From assembly GCF_964204645.1 (NCBI RefSeq), contig NC_134026.1, positions 27,624,150 through 27,688,149 on the forward strand: DNA of 64,000 bases, in the 5' to 3' direction. The translations under genes were made by a program, and so were the position numbers. Positions 1 to 13,100 of the stretch are shown in pieces. Each line of letters starts with the position of its first letter. The first letter of the stretch is position 1. Under the pieces are notes generated by a model. The model had not been told where the DNA came from. It was given only the letters and a program-made list of their open reading frames with translations, and did not search any database. This DNA comes from Tubulanus polymorphus. Lineage: Eukaryota; Animalia; Nemertea.

Positions 1-1904
1 TAGTCTACCCTATAAAATTGATCTAAAGTCAATGACGCAAACGCGAATTGGGACTGGATTTATAAGGCATGTTCAGAGAGTGCCTTTGACTAGTGTATAT
101 ACACCAATCTGTATGCCTAACGCAACCAAATCTGCAGCAGCAGTAGCATCATCTAATAGAGTAACTAGGAGTAAATCAGCCGCTGCTGCTGCTGTATCTT
201 CGACATCCTCGGGCAGAAAATCCGGATTAAAACCTTCCATTTCTCTGATGGCAGTTAAACACGCTCACGGGTCGAGCACAGAATCATCATCTTCATCAAT
301 AGGGTCTATTGATCATACAGACGATGGACATAGTCCGAAAAAAGTTCGTAAACCTTCAAAAAAGAAGTATAAATGTTCAACAAATTCATCTTCGCCTTCT
401 AAATCAGTTCCGGCAGTGGTTAATACTCGAAGTCGACTTTTAAAAGGATCAAAATCTGTTGATTCGGGACTAGCTACAAATAATGCCCATTCTTCTGCAA
501 CTGCTAATCTAGCCAGGTAATGTAAACTGTCTTGGCTTCAAATTTTCATTTGATCAGCATTAAGTTAACTTAAATATTTTCTATTGTTTAGATCAACAAC
601 TAATTACACATTATCTGGTCGAACAAATCAAGGCTCGCTTATATCGCCAGCAATGACAGGTATCAATACAACTGATAAATTAGTGCATGCTATATTATTA
701 GATAGATTCAGCTTTTGACAGGAAGAAATTGTTCATTTTTTCAGGTGTTACGAACATGTTACTTCTGCCATTGGTTCCTTTCCTATTGTCATCGAATAAA
801 TCACTTAATTCACCCATACCCCAACACATCCCTAGTCAACCGTTGAAAGCAACTAAACCCAAAAAGAAGAAAAAGGCATTGAAGTGGCATTCAGTTGAAC
901 AACAAAAACCAGGCAAGATTGTTGATCATTTTTCATTAATAGATAATTCGACATTACAGCCTTTGTTCTTCCTCTGATGTATTTCTGTCTACCCAACAGT
1001 TGACCGGTCTTTTGATGCAATTGTAAAGAAATACTCTACATTTCTAACAGCAGAGATCCCTGATGAGGTAAATTGAGCAATATCAACCATTTCAAATGAA
1101 AATGACATACCCGGTTGCTAAAACTCGTGTTTTGATAATAGGATTGTTGTATATGCTGTGATCGACTGCATTCAAGCGGTGGATTCAGTGCTGATCACGA
1201 AGAAGAAGCAATTTGTAAATTGAATCGTTGTGACCACATATTTCACAGATCATGTGTATCGGCCATGTATAATAGTGGAACTAAAGATGGCAGTTTACAA
1301 TGTCCTACGTGCAAGATGATTTATGGCGAGAAATTTGGAAACTGTCCTCCAGGTCGAATGGAATACGGCACATTCTCCGCTTCTCTTCCGAGCTTTGACT
1401 GTGAAACTATACGCATTATATATACAATACCTCCTGGAATACAGGTACATAGTACGCAGGTGCGTGTTAAATACTACCACTAGTCACACTATACTCATAC
1501 CTATGATATTTGTATTACGATGTTTCAGGGATCTGATCATCCTCATCCTGGTAAACCCTTCAGCGCAAGAGCATTTCCAAGATACTGCTACTTACCTAAT
1601 AATGAAAATGGTCGCAAGGTTTGTTTGGCTATGAAGATGTGATTTTGTAATGTTTTAACAATGACCATCGAAGTCAAGTTTATTATTTCAGGCATTACAG
1701 TTGTTAGAGATTGCGTGGCGAAGACGATTAACATTTACTATTGGTACATCTGCTACAACTGGGGAACAAAACACAGTAACTTGGAATGAAATTCATCATA
1801 AAACAGAATTTGGTTCAAATGAATCTGGCCATGGCTTCCCCGATACTAATTATTTTGACAATCTGTTTGCTGAATTGGCAGCTCAAGGTGTTACTTGTGA
1901 CTGA
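1..1904 (+). CDS. DTX1: Deltex-family RING E3 ubiquitin ligase, 3' part (RING and DTC domains); the 5' end lies upstream of the window
   Basis: In-frame exons <1-516, 592-659, 745-912, 1000-1067, 1142-1444, 1529-1618, 1692-1904. RING motif DCCICCDRL...CDHIFHRSC...LQCPTCK. DTC motifs [26 protein letters not shown] and [21 protein letters not shown]. Stop TGA at 1902-1904. Vertebrate paralogue (DTX1/2/4) cannot be assigned. Confidence 0.93.
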
Positions 1905-2514
1905 ACTTATAATCTCATGCGGGAAAGTTTTATAAAAACTTGAATCGTGGTTATTATGAAACCGAACAAAAAAGTAAATTTACAGTTTAACTGGTATGTT
2001 CAAATATATTCTATGCATGTCTCAAGTGTTTTTGCTGCATTTTTAATAGTTGTGTCCTATCACAACAAGAAGTGGAAGTGCCACTATGTTGTTATGGATA
2101 TTTAGTTGCCAAATAAATGTGTAATCTCAATTTTTCCACAAGTGGATGTAGCTCCCAATTAAGCTGTCATAACATAAATGTGGATAAAACTCCACCAGTA
2201 TTCGGATTCTTGTAATTCGAATAGAAATTCATTTGTAATTAAAGTAAAAACTCATGTTATACTGTACTCAAAAGAAAAGATTTTTTTAACTTTGTTAAAT
2301 TAGAATATCAGTTGATAATAAAAATATCCTTAATTTAATACTAACTGCATTTATAGTCAAGTGATTGTTGAATGGATACCTTTAAACTGTGTTCAAAATC
2401 ATGAGAGACCCAAGAATCAATCTATCTAAACTCTGAAAACTAAAATGTGTTGAGAAATAGAAGTTTAATTATTAATAACAAAATGCAATACATAGTAGGT
2501 TTATCACAGTTGAA

Positions 2515-5500
2515 TTATTCCAGGATAGTTTTTGAAATTTTCAAAACATTTTCTAAAATTTCTTTTTTAGTTGGCCAAGAAATAATTTCTCTCACTATTC
2601 TTAATATAACTGTGAATGTCATTTTACAACTAAACATATGTATGATACATTTCTCAAAAAGTTTCATCGACTTGTAGAATACGGAATAGTGACATGTTTG
2701 TACAAGGTTCTCCACTGTCAGTTGTTTGGTGATTCTAGGGATTATGAATTCCTGTAAGTTATCAGCAAGGTATCTGTCGGCTAATCCTAATAACTGAATA
2801 TTCACGTCCCAGGAATAATCCCTGTGAATTACTGGACAATTAGAACGCATACAGTTATACATTAGATGAAAGTAAACAAGTATTACATCACTAGAAATGT
2901 CCGGTAATTTAATTTGAGAATGTTCCGATTCGTGAAATTTCCCCCTTAACATCGCAGCGAAAACTTCTGACTTGCTCGCAAGATGCGACCGTTCTACAGT
3001 TACAACTACTCCATCTGAACACACAAATGACAAATCATGTTTTGGAACTGAATCTGCGAAGAAGCAATTGATTTTCAGTTCTTTTTTTTGTTCGGTATCT
3101 TTTAAACAGCCTTTCAGAGAATTCTTGTTTATAGCTATGTTGCTTAGTTGATGAAGCAGGTATGACACTGCATGAAGTTCATCATCATTCACATTTTCTG
3201 TGATCAATGAATCAAACAGTTTCTGCAAACCTTTGTATTCTACAAATACCTTTCGAAGCAAGAAGGAACTCCTGAAAAACAAATAGTACTCGATACAACA
3301 ATGAATGCATGTACATTTTAAGAAGTTTTGGTTGTGGGGTAAATATAATACCTGCAAATATAGGAAGCATTCACAGCAAATAACAATTGAGTTTCTGCAG
3401 ATCCATTTATCAGATTTGAATATAAAACTCCACGGCCAAATCCTGCCTCGGCAATCATCATCAAATTTTCCAAAAAGCAATGACCCTTTTCATTCAGTGA
3501 ATCAATTGCTCTCCATTGATCACTGCTGTTTTCACTCTCGTGCAATTTTAATTGTTCCTGTTTGACATTTTCACATATTTCGGTCTCAGCGTTTTGTTCA
3601 ACAGATGGTTTTGATACTAGTTCATTAGAATCATTTTCATGAGAACAGGAATTGTCTGCCATACAAGACCTGACCACAACTTTTACACCGGGTTGACAGA
3701 ATAAATGAAATATCTTCATTGGAAAATTCATCTCCAACAATGGCTGGAAACAATCTAAGTTCTTACTAAGTCTTTCAAACAATCTCCAGCATCGTGAATG
3801 CGAATTCATTCCACCTTGCAAAGCATAGCTTAACAGCATATCCATAGCACCACGAGATACAAGATACTTCTCTGCTCTTTCCATATGCGAGATTGATGAA
3901 AGCATATATAGAATATTTCTCTGCGTGAACTTCCTCGGATCTTCATGTTTTTGACGTTTCGGTCGGCCCTTTGTAATATTGCTACTAGTACTTGAGTTTG
4001 AATCGCCTCCAAAATTCCGGGATTCTGATGCAGTTCGTTTTCGAAATTTCCCCGTAGCTAATGGATTTACTTTATGTGATGTTGACGATATACAATCCTT
4101 TTCCTCATATTCTTTACTGAACAATACCATTCTGAGGACCTGGTCTGGGGCTTTTGGTTCAGGGATGTCACGGTATTGATATTCTTTTTCTACTACAGGT
4201 ACACTCAAAGAGCGAATAGTTTTAATCGGTGCTTTGAAATCTAAACTGCCCAGTTTCGCGCATGAAGTCTGTTGCGTTTTTGTTATTCTAGGGGATGTGG
4301 GAAAAACACGTTGCTTGATTTTATCTTTTGGCAAGTTTTTGTTTTTAGTTTCGGCGCTATGTGACAAGTCCACAGGTACATTGATACCAGTTTCATCAAT
4401 TCCAAGTGAAACAGGATTCACATTACAAGTATTCTGAATGGGCGTCGTTGGTTCCAAGGAATGTTCAAAAGAAGGTGAATACCTCGGCGATACAGAATCA
4501 ATATAAGATACTCGTCCATCACTAAAATCACTGAATGATGAATATGCTGGAGAAACACCATGATCTGAACATATACTCGATGACATTAAACTCTGTGTAC
4601 TCAGCGGACTGTAAGGTTCTATGGACATATATTCATGGGAGGGGCTCGAAGAAGATGAAGAACTCATTCGGTATGGCGTAGGAGGATCAAAGTTTCCAAT
4701 GCATTTCTGGCCTTTGAAGTAATCATTCGAGCTCCACTCAACAGTTTTATAGGTTGGACTGTCAATACTATATCGGACACAGTCATTTTGATTACCAGAA
4801 CAAATAACTGTTTCACAATCTTCATCAGATGATTTTTCATTGACTTCTGGAAGCTTTATTTCGTTCATTCCATCAACAGAATCTTCGATAAGATCATGGA
4901 GCGCACTATCCTCAGGTTTACTAACAGCATTTACAGTTGAATTCTGGCTGCCTGTAACATTCAGTGAAAGATTTGATGGCAGCAAATGATCTGTTATGGA
5001 CGGAGAATCTTGGCTATCAGCAGTCTTTGCTTCATGATATTCTGTAGTGTCCTCTGCGTATGCCAAATATACCGTATGTAATAGATTTTTGAAGTTCAAT
5101 AGTTTAGTATTAGAACAGAGCTGTAATTGTTGCATTAGAATGTCCACAAGACCATTCTCGAGGAGAATTTTCATTCCAATTTCATTTGTGCAAAAATGAA
5201 CTAATGCACTGATTATGCGAGGATGTAACCGTTTATATTTGCTGTCTTTAAGTTTAGTAAGTAGCAATTGGAGACCTGATGCTTCTCGAATTTTCATACG
5301 GTTTACAACTTCTTGACAACACAAGCACAAACAGTTGACAAACAGTATTGTTTTTTCGGGATTAGGCTCACTTCTAATAAAGTCGATAAAGCAGGTAATT
5401 CCACCAGCATTTCCCAGTGACGGACGAATAGTCTCCTGCTCAGTAATGTGACCTAATGTTAACACCGCATGTTTACGGATACTCTGATTCTCTGATTTGA

Positions 5501-6985
5501 TAAGTTCAAGCATACAACGAAGACAATCAGCTTCCAACAATTGTCGACTACAGCCAACGCTACACCTACAACATACAAACACAATGTAAATCAATGAATT
5601 GATCATAATGACATAGATAATTTATTCATTTATATAGCGAAGTACTATAAAATAGAATCCACGCTTCACATTAAAAGAACCTGAAACACTGCAGATATCA
5701 CATTATAAAGGTCATTCCAAATGATTCAAAAATATATAAGTCTAAAAAGGCAGGTTTTATGATTACCTAAAATATCAACTGATTTAGGCTCTTAATGAAG
5801 AAAACAGGAGTTATGTGTTCATGCTTTCAATCAGTTTCCCAATCTAATTAAACTGGATATGTACATTGCCAGTGTATTAATCTTGGATAGAATTATTTTT
5901 GGGATTTGTAAATTTATCTAAATTATAATCTTACTCTCGAGTTAAATCATTGAGTGCGCGTATGCAGACGTTCACTAGTCCATCATGATCTGATTTCAAC
6001 AATTCAGCAATTGGTCGAATTCCTTCAGCCTCAACGATCAACTCTCGATTCTCTGATGTGTCACCGAGCAGTCTACAAATCAAACTGAACTTATGGATCT
6101 GTCGTTGTTTAAGAGTTCAGGTCTACATCAACCTCTATGTACATACCTTATCATACGAACATAGTTTTGTTGAGAATCAACATTAGTCGAGCCAGTCAAT
6201 CTTTTGACAACAACTTCCAAAATATCATACTTAATGATTCTTTTAACATTGCTAGAAGTCTGAGCCAGATTTGCAATAGTTCGACAAACTCTACAGCTGA
6301 TACTTTCCACATCACAATACTTCAATACCGATACTACAAAATAAACTTATTGATTCAGAACCATATAGATTATAAGGTGATAGTGCTTTCCTGATGAGCT
6401 TAAACTTACCAATAATTCCAATGCCTCTGTTTTTTACCACCTTAAATAAAAAACAATACTTTTTACATCACAGTTCATCTGGATTTTTGTCTCAGAAATA
6501 TTGACATTACAAACCTCTTCCCTTGCAACAGATTCAGTACAACAATTTGCTAATAAGCTGAAGGCAACATCAAGAATTCTTGTATTGCGACTTTCAAGTG
6601 ATTTTATCTTTAATCTTTCTCTCTCAATTCTTTCTGATAAAACATTGTTGGATGTAGTATTTTCTTGTTGGTTTTGATTGATTTTCTTGCTAGCAGGATC
6701 ATTTGCGCAGTGTCGACTTTCATTTCCAACATTATCAAAATGACTACTTTCGGTTTGAGTGGTTTCTTCTTCTTCTTCAGCAATACAAGTTTCAGATATT
6801 ACAGGATGTCTGTGGATTACACTTATAAGGGCTTTTATACCACCTAAACCACAGAATTCTATGATGCCGGTTTTACCCTTGATGTGGCTGGTCCTTGCTT
6901 TTACAAGGGCATCATATACATGTGTTGAATTTTTGCTGTAAAACCTACCAATGAGATTTTCTCGACTTTCTGGATTGTCAGCCAT
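2515..6985 (-). CDS. ARMC5: Armadillo repeat-containing protein 5 (ARM repeats and C-terminal BTB domain; CUL3 adaptor), about 1265 aa
   Basis: Exons 6985-6515, 6440-6410, 6333-6147, 6072-5935, 5565-3352, 3271-2515 sum to 3798 nt in frame. ARM-like segments (RVCRTIANLAQ, IRPSLGNAGGI, LCLCCQEVVNR). BTB domain DLSFVCSDG...LASKSEVFAAMLRGKFHES...LADRYL. Confidence 0.85.
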
Positions 6986-7114
6986 TATGCATGACCGTAA
7001 GGTGCTGTCACCTGTGGCGACTCCACGAAACTAGTTTGATTGACAGCTTTAATTGGATCACGTGGTAGATCCCGGCGCATTCTGGTTAGGCTTTCTCTGA
7101 ACAAGGAACACGCA
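6986..7114. promoter_or_regulatory. Bidirectional promoter shared by ARMC5 and the FET gene (129 bp between start codons)
   Basis: ARMC5 ATG at 6985 (-) and FET ATG at 7115 (+). Reverse CCAAT (ATTGG 7052-7056) lies next to an E-box CACGTG (7059-7064). CpG content is locally raised. Confidence 0.7.
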
Positions 7115-10100
7115 ATGGCTGACGCGCGTAAGTTTTACCCGTATTTTGCATTGATTTTCAAGGCAGTTGCTTATCATCGACTTGTTTGAAATTACCACAG
7201 TTGTATCCCATATAATCTCTAGATTGTAATGAAGTAATTTTACCCCGTGTTCATGATAAAATAAGGCTTCAGTTTGCATGTGAAGTTGGCTGTTTTCACC
7301 ATGGCTGTAGGTAGTGAACGTGGACGGGGTGTGGGCATGCATGCATGGCGTCCATTTTCCCTGAATATTTACATCGCTCGTACACTGTAGTAACATTGTA
7401 AGACTAGGCCAACCCCAAATCATTAATTGTTAAAGATAGTAAAGAAATATTTTGGTGTGGTAATGATACATTAAATTTGTTGAGATGTAGGATATTTTTG
7501 TAGACTTCTTTGTTTCTGAACTCGACTGAAGTTAATTATGGACTATATATGATGTCTCTTTGTTATTTCAGAATATCAATACAGTGGATCTGCTGGAGGG
7601 TGAGTTTCCTATATTTCTCTTCATGCTCAAAAATTATTCCGTTTAATTTGATTTTACTAAGTGAGAATTTTTCATATATTGTAAATTATTATTTATATAT
7701 TCGCAGATATGGCTACAGTGGTGGTTATGGTGGTCAACAACAGGCCCAACCGCAAGCTGCTGACCAATCTGGTGGATACTCTCAAGCTAGTGCCGGATAT
7801 GGACAACAACAGGTTGTTATTTGATACTTATGATATTTATTATTACTGTTTGATTCTTCACATGATTGAAATCAGAATCGCAGTGATTCATCATGTTTTC
7901 AATCGAAGCGCTTGCGTAGTGGATTCTTTATTTCAGCTGATTGTTTAACTTATTATTTCCGTGTCATTATTCGCTCTCATTTTAATAATTTTGCCTATAA
8001 ATCTATTCATTGTTGTGATTAAACCAATTAGTTTGTGCTGTGATTTTAAATAGTTTAATACCGTGTTGTCTTTCAGTCAAATTATGCAACTGCCGCATAT
8101 GGTCAACAGGTTCGTTTTCTGTTTTGTATGATTATAATACATATATATATATATATATATTTATATATATTTAGTTATAAGGAAGGCAACAAACAGAGCT
8201 AGAATATTATACACATTATTTAAGTCTTAGTCCATTGATGACCGTTCCGTGCGGCTTTCAAAAGTTCTGCACTACCATTTATTTATCTATTATTCACAAG
8301 GTTTTTTGCACTGAAAGCTTGCTGTGTGTCTGTCTGGATAACTATTTCATAAATGTAGTAATACGTTGAGTGTTTTTAATGTTCCCTTTGTCATTTGACC
8401 TGTTAATCACTGGTTCAACAATTTCAGTGAGTAAGGTGTCATTGTACTAACAATGGTTAAGGTTTATTTATTGCTCACTTATTGTTTGTATGGTTGTTAT
8501 GGTGATTAGATACATTACTCTAGTCTAGTTATATACCTAGTTGATCCTATAACGTTTTTATATGTACTTGGTTTTCTGTGTGCTTGGACTCAGATAGCTA
8601 CTAAATCATGGTAATAATTTCGCTTGAAGAAGTAACTGCATGGACGATAAATATATCAGGCTTGTCGTAATGATTCAATGTTTGTTTGCATTACAGCCTC
8701 AATCTGCGGGATATTCAGCTGCTGGTTATGGACAACAGGCTGCACCACAGCCTGCTCAGCCGGCTTATGACTACAATCAAGGGGGATACCAATCTTCTCA
8801 GCAAAATTCAGCTCCCGCTTCATCATACGGACAACAATACGGAGCTCAGACTGGTAGCAGTTACCAACAACCACAAGCAGGTATGTCTAAAAACTTAGTG
8901 TACATACTAATGATTTTATAATATTTAATCTGTGTGGTTGTGAGCAGTTGAATGATATACATAGTAATACTCATCTCTTACTATGTCCACTTTAACTTGC
9001 TAAATAGATACAGATCCAACATGGCAAGATTGTCATAATATCGTGTCTATTCTTGTCGCTCTATTCTTGTAACAATATAAGTTTTATTCCATGACTGATT
9101 TGAAGTTGTATGACTAGTTCTAACATCCAGATTAGTGATTCAATTTGCTAATAAATAATCAACGAGGCCAAATGTTTTACACCGAGATTCTCTGCTTTTT
9201 ATGTGATATGCACTATCAGTTCTTAATTGTTATTCTCTGTGAAGATAACATCTTAATTGAAAGTGCGAAATAAAATACTGAGTTCCTTGGCAAATCTGGC
9301 TTTTTAATGTCTTCATTTGCCACTCAACTCTGTGACAAAACTTGAAAGACTAACAGATCATGTATGATATGTGTGTGTGTGTTTGACTAACAGGTGGTTA
9401 TGGAAGTGGTGGACCGGCAAGTTCAGGAGGAGGATATGGTGGGTCTGGAGGTTATTCTCAGCAACCTCCTATAGATTCAGCTGGTGGTTATAACTCACAA
9501 CCTAGCTATAATTCTGGTAAGACTATTTTATACGTATGTCCATATGTTTGCTTCTGAAGCACGATAAAGAAACATTTCATTATGTTCGTTTACTGAACCA
9601 GTTACGATAATAAAATTCAACACCGTCAGCTGACATACTTTTTGTTGGTAGTTGAATGACAACCATTTTGCAAAGTTAAGTATTTTTGAGGTGATATGCA
9701 TTAATATACTGGTGGTTAAGAATCCAGACACCTGCAAGCCATACTTAACTTCTCAAATAAATGTGTATTTTTCTTTGGGAGAAGTGTATGGGCTAGAGTG
9801 TTTTTGGTCTTGCTGCTGCCCCTAATAAGTTAAATGGTTTGCGCTTCATAGTCTTAATGAAGTCACCCCAGACATCTCCATTGTCTTGCAGCATATAACC
9901 AGAATGCCCCTGCACCAAGTTATAGTCATCCTGCTTCGAGTCATCCCACACCTGACTATGGTGGACCTCCCCCGGGCGGTCCTACTGGGGGGTTCGATGG
10001 GGGTGCGCCTAGATTCCAAGGTAAGTTTTGTCGTAAAATGAGGTGTCTGGATTATCAGGTAAGATTCAAATACCTGAGGCTATGCTAGGAATTTTGTATT

Positions 10101-13100
10101 CATTCTGGGGAATGAGTACAGTGATTTGATATGAATTTGAAATATTAAGTGATACGTTTGACAATATTTGCAATGAGTTTCCATAGATAATTTGAAATAC
10201 TAATATTTCTATTTTCAGGAGGACCACGAGGTGGAAGTGGTGGAGGCAGTGGTGGCGCTGGTGGATATGGAGGGTAAGTTCATTTATAACTTCTAAATTC
10301 TATTCAGAAAAGATTTTATTGGAATAATATTTGAGGTAGCGTTGCTGTAGATGTAATGATAGACAGATGTTTTAAACTGTCGCAGCTCGTACCTGGTAGG
10401 TTGTTATTATATCTCCTGGAGATAATGGATGGTTATTTCGAACAAGTATGATCATTTTGCCAGTATGTGGTCAGGCTTGATTTGTGTCATAATCTAAACA
10501 AAAGGTTGATATTATATATAAACGTAACATTTTTCTGGTTAATTATTTTCTACGAATGCTACAATCCTGAGTTAACTGTAGTACATTTTTTGACCTGTTG
10601 CTGAAATAACTTGTGTGTGTTTAATATTTGCATTTCTCTTAAAGTGTTTTCTCAACAGGTTACTTAAAAACGGATATAATATCTCATCATTGCTTATGAG
10701 AAACATCAGGGGGAAATTGAAATCATTCTTTAGTGAAAATGTCTCTCAGAACAGTCATTGAATCTGTTATCAGTATTCTTGTACTTGTTTTTTCTTTAAA
10801 GTGTTACAACAATTTTTGTCCATTGCTTTTCGGGGGTTAAAACAATGAAAAAGTTGTAGAAATGGTTCATTTTGCATACGTGAATCTGATATGCTGAGGG
10901 TTACATACTGGTATGTACACATTGTATGTATGTATCACATAAATGAGTAACATCTTAATATTTTCAAAACGCTTACCAAAAAAAGCAAGGTATTGAATGA
11001 AAAGGGAAAAATCTTCATGTGATAATTCAAATGTTGACTGAATTCGTGGTTCCATATTTGAACTGGCGTTGAACAATTTGGGGAAGGGGTGTAAAGGATA
11101 AAGCAATATGAGTAAAACTGACTAAGAATACAGCAACAGAAGTGTGTTAAGAAGAAGACTGGAGAAGTTATTTAACATGTGTGGCTGTCGAGATATGTGT
11201 TTAAATATATCAGTAACAGCCTCCATGTTAAACGTGATTACTATATTTTGCAGCGGTCGACCCGGTGGCTACCAGGGTGGTTATGGTGGTAAGTCACAGT
11301 GCTGGGTCTCAGCCTAGTTTACAACTGCATTCTCTGTTTCTGGGAGGTTGATTTATCAAACTATTTAAAACCGATTCGATAATCACTAGAACAGCCGGGT
11401 GAAATTTTATGCACGCTGTAAGGTCACTATTTTTTTTTAGTTTTTAGAACATTTTTCGAAGTTTAAAAATTTGATGGTGGTTTACATAGTCAACATTTTC
11501 TTCGGTTGAGCGTAATTTTTGAGGTTTTTTATCCCAGAAAGAGAAGTAAAAGAATTAGTGCAATGGTGTCAAGAGCTAAACCTTTTGTGAACCCATTTTC
11601 AGAATGAGTGAATTTTATGTTGAATGTCTCTTCATTGAGTCAATTGTCGAGAGGTTGTGTAGAGTTTTTGTGGTATGAATATCATTGCAGGCTCGTTAGA
11701 AAAGCATTTTCCCTCCACGTTTGATAAGACCCTATGATTTAATCTTCATCGACGAAATGTTCTGAGTTTGACTGAAAGGATCGTTACATTGATTAGATTC
11801 CCATGAGTTAAGTTTTCTCTGGCTGAATGCTACTATCCAAAACCCTGTCTGTGTCTAAGAGACCAAATCCTTTCGAAGTTTACTTTCTTCATTTTCAACA
11901 GGACTGGACTGGATGAGGTGTTGATTGCTGAAGCCTATTTTTACATGAACTAATGCAATTTTTTTTCAGAAGAATCCTACTGAGAATGTTGCTTATGTAT
12001 GAATTTATTTTGTCGGCATAATTACCAATTCTGTGAAGACTGGGTTAGCACTATCTGAGTAGAGATTTAAAATTGAATTGAATAATTTTTTTTCAATTCT
12101 TATCATGAGATTGTGCTGCTGTATGCGTATTTTAAGTGCACATTGTTTTCTTTTGTAAATTTATAAGGAGAATAAAATTTTCTGTGTATTTTTAAAAAGT
12201 GTGAATCTTTTTGTGGCTATGCCACCAGAGTCAGATGTGATTTGACAAAGGTGTAAAAACAAAAGGGATGTTGACTAATGTAAACCACTTTAAGTTATTG
12301 GTCGGGTTCTTAGAAAAAAGTGTTAAAACTGTATTAGAGAACTTTTTTGGTCTTAACCAATGCATAGGCTTATTGATTTTGTGATTAAATAATAGATCTA
12401 AAATCCTTTTTTTTTATTCGAATAATCATGTAGCAACATTTCATATATCATTGTGAAACATCAGTTTTGAAGCTTGTTCCAAGTTTTGACGGCGGTATAA
12501 ATTACAATTACCGGTTAGAGAATTGTGATTGTGATCAACAATTGCTTCATCACTCATATTTCATAGTCGTTCAGATACCAATGAGTTCTTTGTAAACTGA
12601 TTTGATGTTTTCCCTATGTTTACAGGTGGTCAGAATGGAGGTGGAGCCGGAGGGGGCTTCGGAAACAATGGAGGAGAGCAAAAATACGCTCAATCAATTG
12701 ATTCTGTGTTCGTAACTGAGTTACCCGATGATGTGACTGAAGAAGCTCTTAATGATTACTTCGGGCGTATCGGAGTTATCAAGGTAACTTTATCAAGTGG
12801 AGTACAGTCATATATGTCGAATTGTTGGTGTTATATGTTAAATTGCTCATACTGTTCGTTGATAGACTGACAAGAAAACTGGTAAACCAATGATCAAAGT
12901 CTACACGGACAAGAACACTGGACGACCAAAAGGTGAAGGTATCGTCGCATATCAGGACCCAAGTGCAGCTACTGCGGCTATTGAATGGTTCAACAATAAA
13001 GAATTCATGGGTAAAGTGATTCATGTTGAGATGGCGCAGAGGAAAGTGAACCCCGGAGGAATGAGGGGTGGCGGTGGCCGTAGTGGAGGTACTCAATTAA

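Noticed and set aside
11590-12000. Cryptic acceptors or microexons and snoRNA-like boxes in the long FET intron
   Set aside because: No candidate combines strong donor and acceptor sites, or properly spaced C/D boxes with a recognisable guide.
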